Source: an uncultured archaeon (GTDB lineage Archaea > Thermoproteota > Bathyarchaeia > Bathyarchaeales > Bathycorpusculaceae). Taken from it: a DNA stretch of 64,000 nucleotides. The notes under the pieces were generated by a model. It saw nothing but the letters and a program-made list of their open reading frames with translations. It did not search any database and was not told the origin of the DNA. Below, piece after piece: positions 63,546 to 64,000 of this stretch; position 1 is the first letter of the stretch, and each line of letters opens with the position of its first letter. Position numbers and translations under genes: made by a program. The DNA is taken from assembly GCA_963782915.1 (NCBI GenBank), contig CAWALK010000001.1:171733-235732 (forward strand), given 5' to 3'.

Positions 63546-64000
63546 ATGGAAACAACTGAAAAACCTGCTCAGATGCCCAAGAAAAAAGCGTTCTGAGAGC
63601 GAAAAAATAGGGCGAATTAAGTACCTGATTGAGATAGCAAAGCGGATAGACGGCAAGCTGGATTCCCTCGACCGTAGGATTAGCCGAATTGAGAAGTACC
63701 GCAAGCGGGATTTAGAGTTTGTACGCTCGGACATCGAGGACGTCTGCGCCGACGAGGTCGACAGGGAAATTGTGCGTTTAGTGTTTGAGGCTGGGGATTT
63801 GGGTTTATATCCCCGGGTCATAGCCCAGCGGCTCGAGAATTTCAAGGTTACCCGTTTCCAAGTTGGCCGTAGAATTAGGCGTATGAATAAGCTGTTTCGG
63901 GTGCGGCTTGATGAGTCTTTGTTTGAGTTACGGGGTTGGCGTTGGGCACTTTCGAGTTTTGCTGTTGGCGCTTGGGGGAGAAATGCGAGAAGGCTGAGGT
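63546..64000 (+). CDS. Coiled-coil + winged-HTH protein (truncated by window; frameshift in A-run near 63585)
   Basis: Hand-translated CADEVDREIVRLVFEAGDLGLYPRVIAQRLENFKVTRFQVGRRIRRMNK...RGWRWAL. Confidence 0.65.

Larger units (their letters stand above)
60936..64000 (+). mobile_element. Part of an integrated virus- or plasmid-like element (truncated by window)
   Basis: Abrupt switch to tightly packed, co-oriented, small Cys-rich ORFs with G/T-rich coding strand; wHTH/Rep-like gene; no integrase or capsid gene seen. Confidence 0.65.

Overview
Archaeal chromosomal segment. The short-form PurA, archaeal TyrS, ApgM, aRF1-fold protein, archaeal-type tRNAs and frequent TTG starts show it is archaeal; gene content and style suggest Bathyarchaeia (inference). 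About 60 kb is housekeeping and accessory genes: CorA, Fpg/Nei-like, M20 peptidase, purA, HtrA, glgP, tyrS, FIST, radical SAM, ABC exporter, beta-CASP nuclease, an arsenic cluster, antiporters, gpgS/gpgP, apgM, an RNase HI-VOC fusion and a GH2 mannosidase. From about 60.9 kb to the window end lies the start of a virus- or plasmid-like element. Around 15 genes, including essential tyrS, are split by small indels, which points to uncorrected long-read errors, so single-base oddities need caution. Most notable: (1) a degenerate tRNA-Leu-like gene immediately upstream of, and co-oriented with, an aRF1 paralog that keeps GGQ but has lost all three stop-codon-reading motifs; (2) a ~200-nt structured RNA candidate with two H/ACA-like hairpins upstream of tyrS; (3) two families of dispersed intergenic repeats; (4) a divergent pair of small paralogous ribbon-helix-helix-like genes around a palindrome; (5) the mobile element with a wHTH/Rep-like gene, short repeats and an A29 tract.
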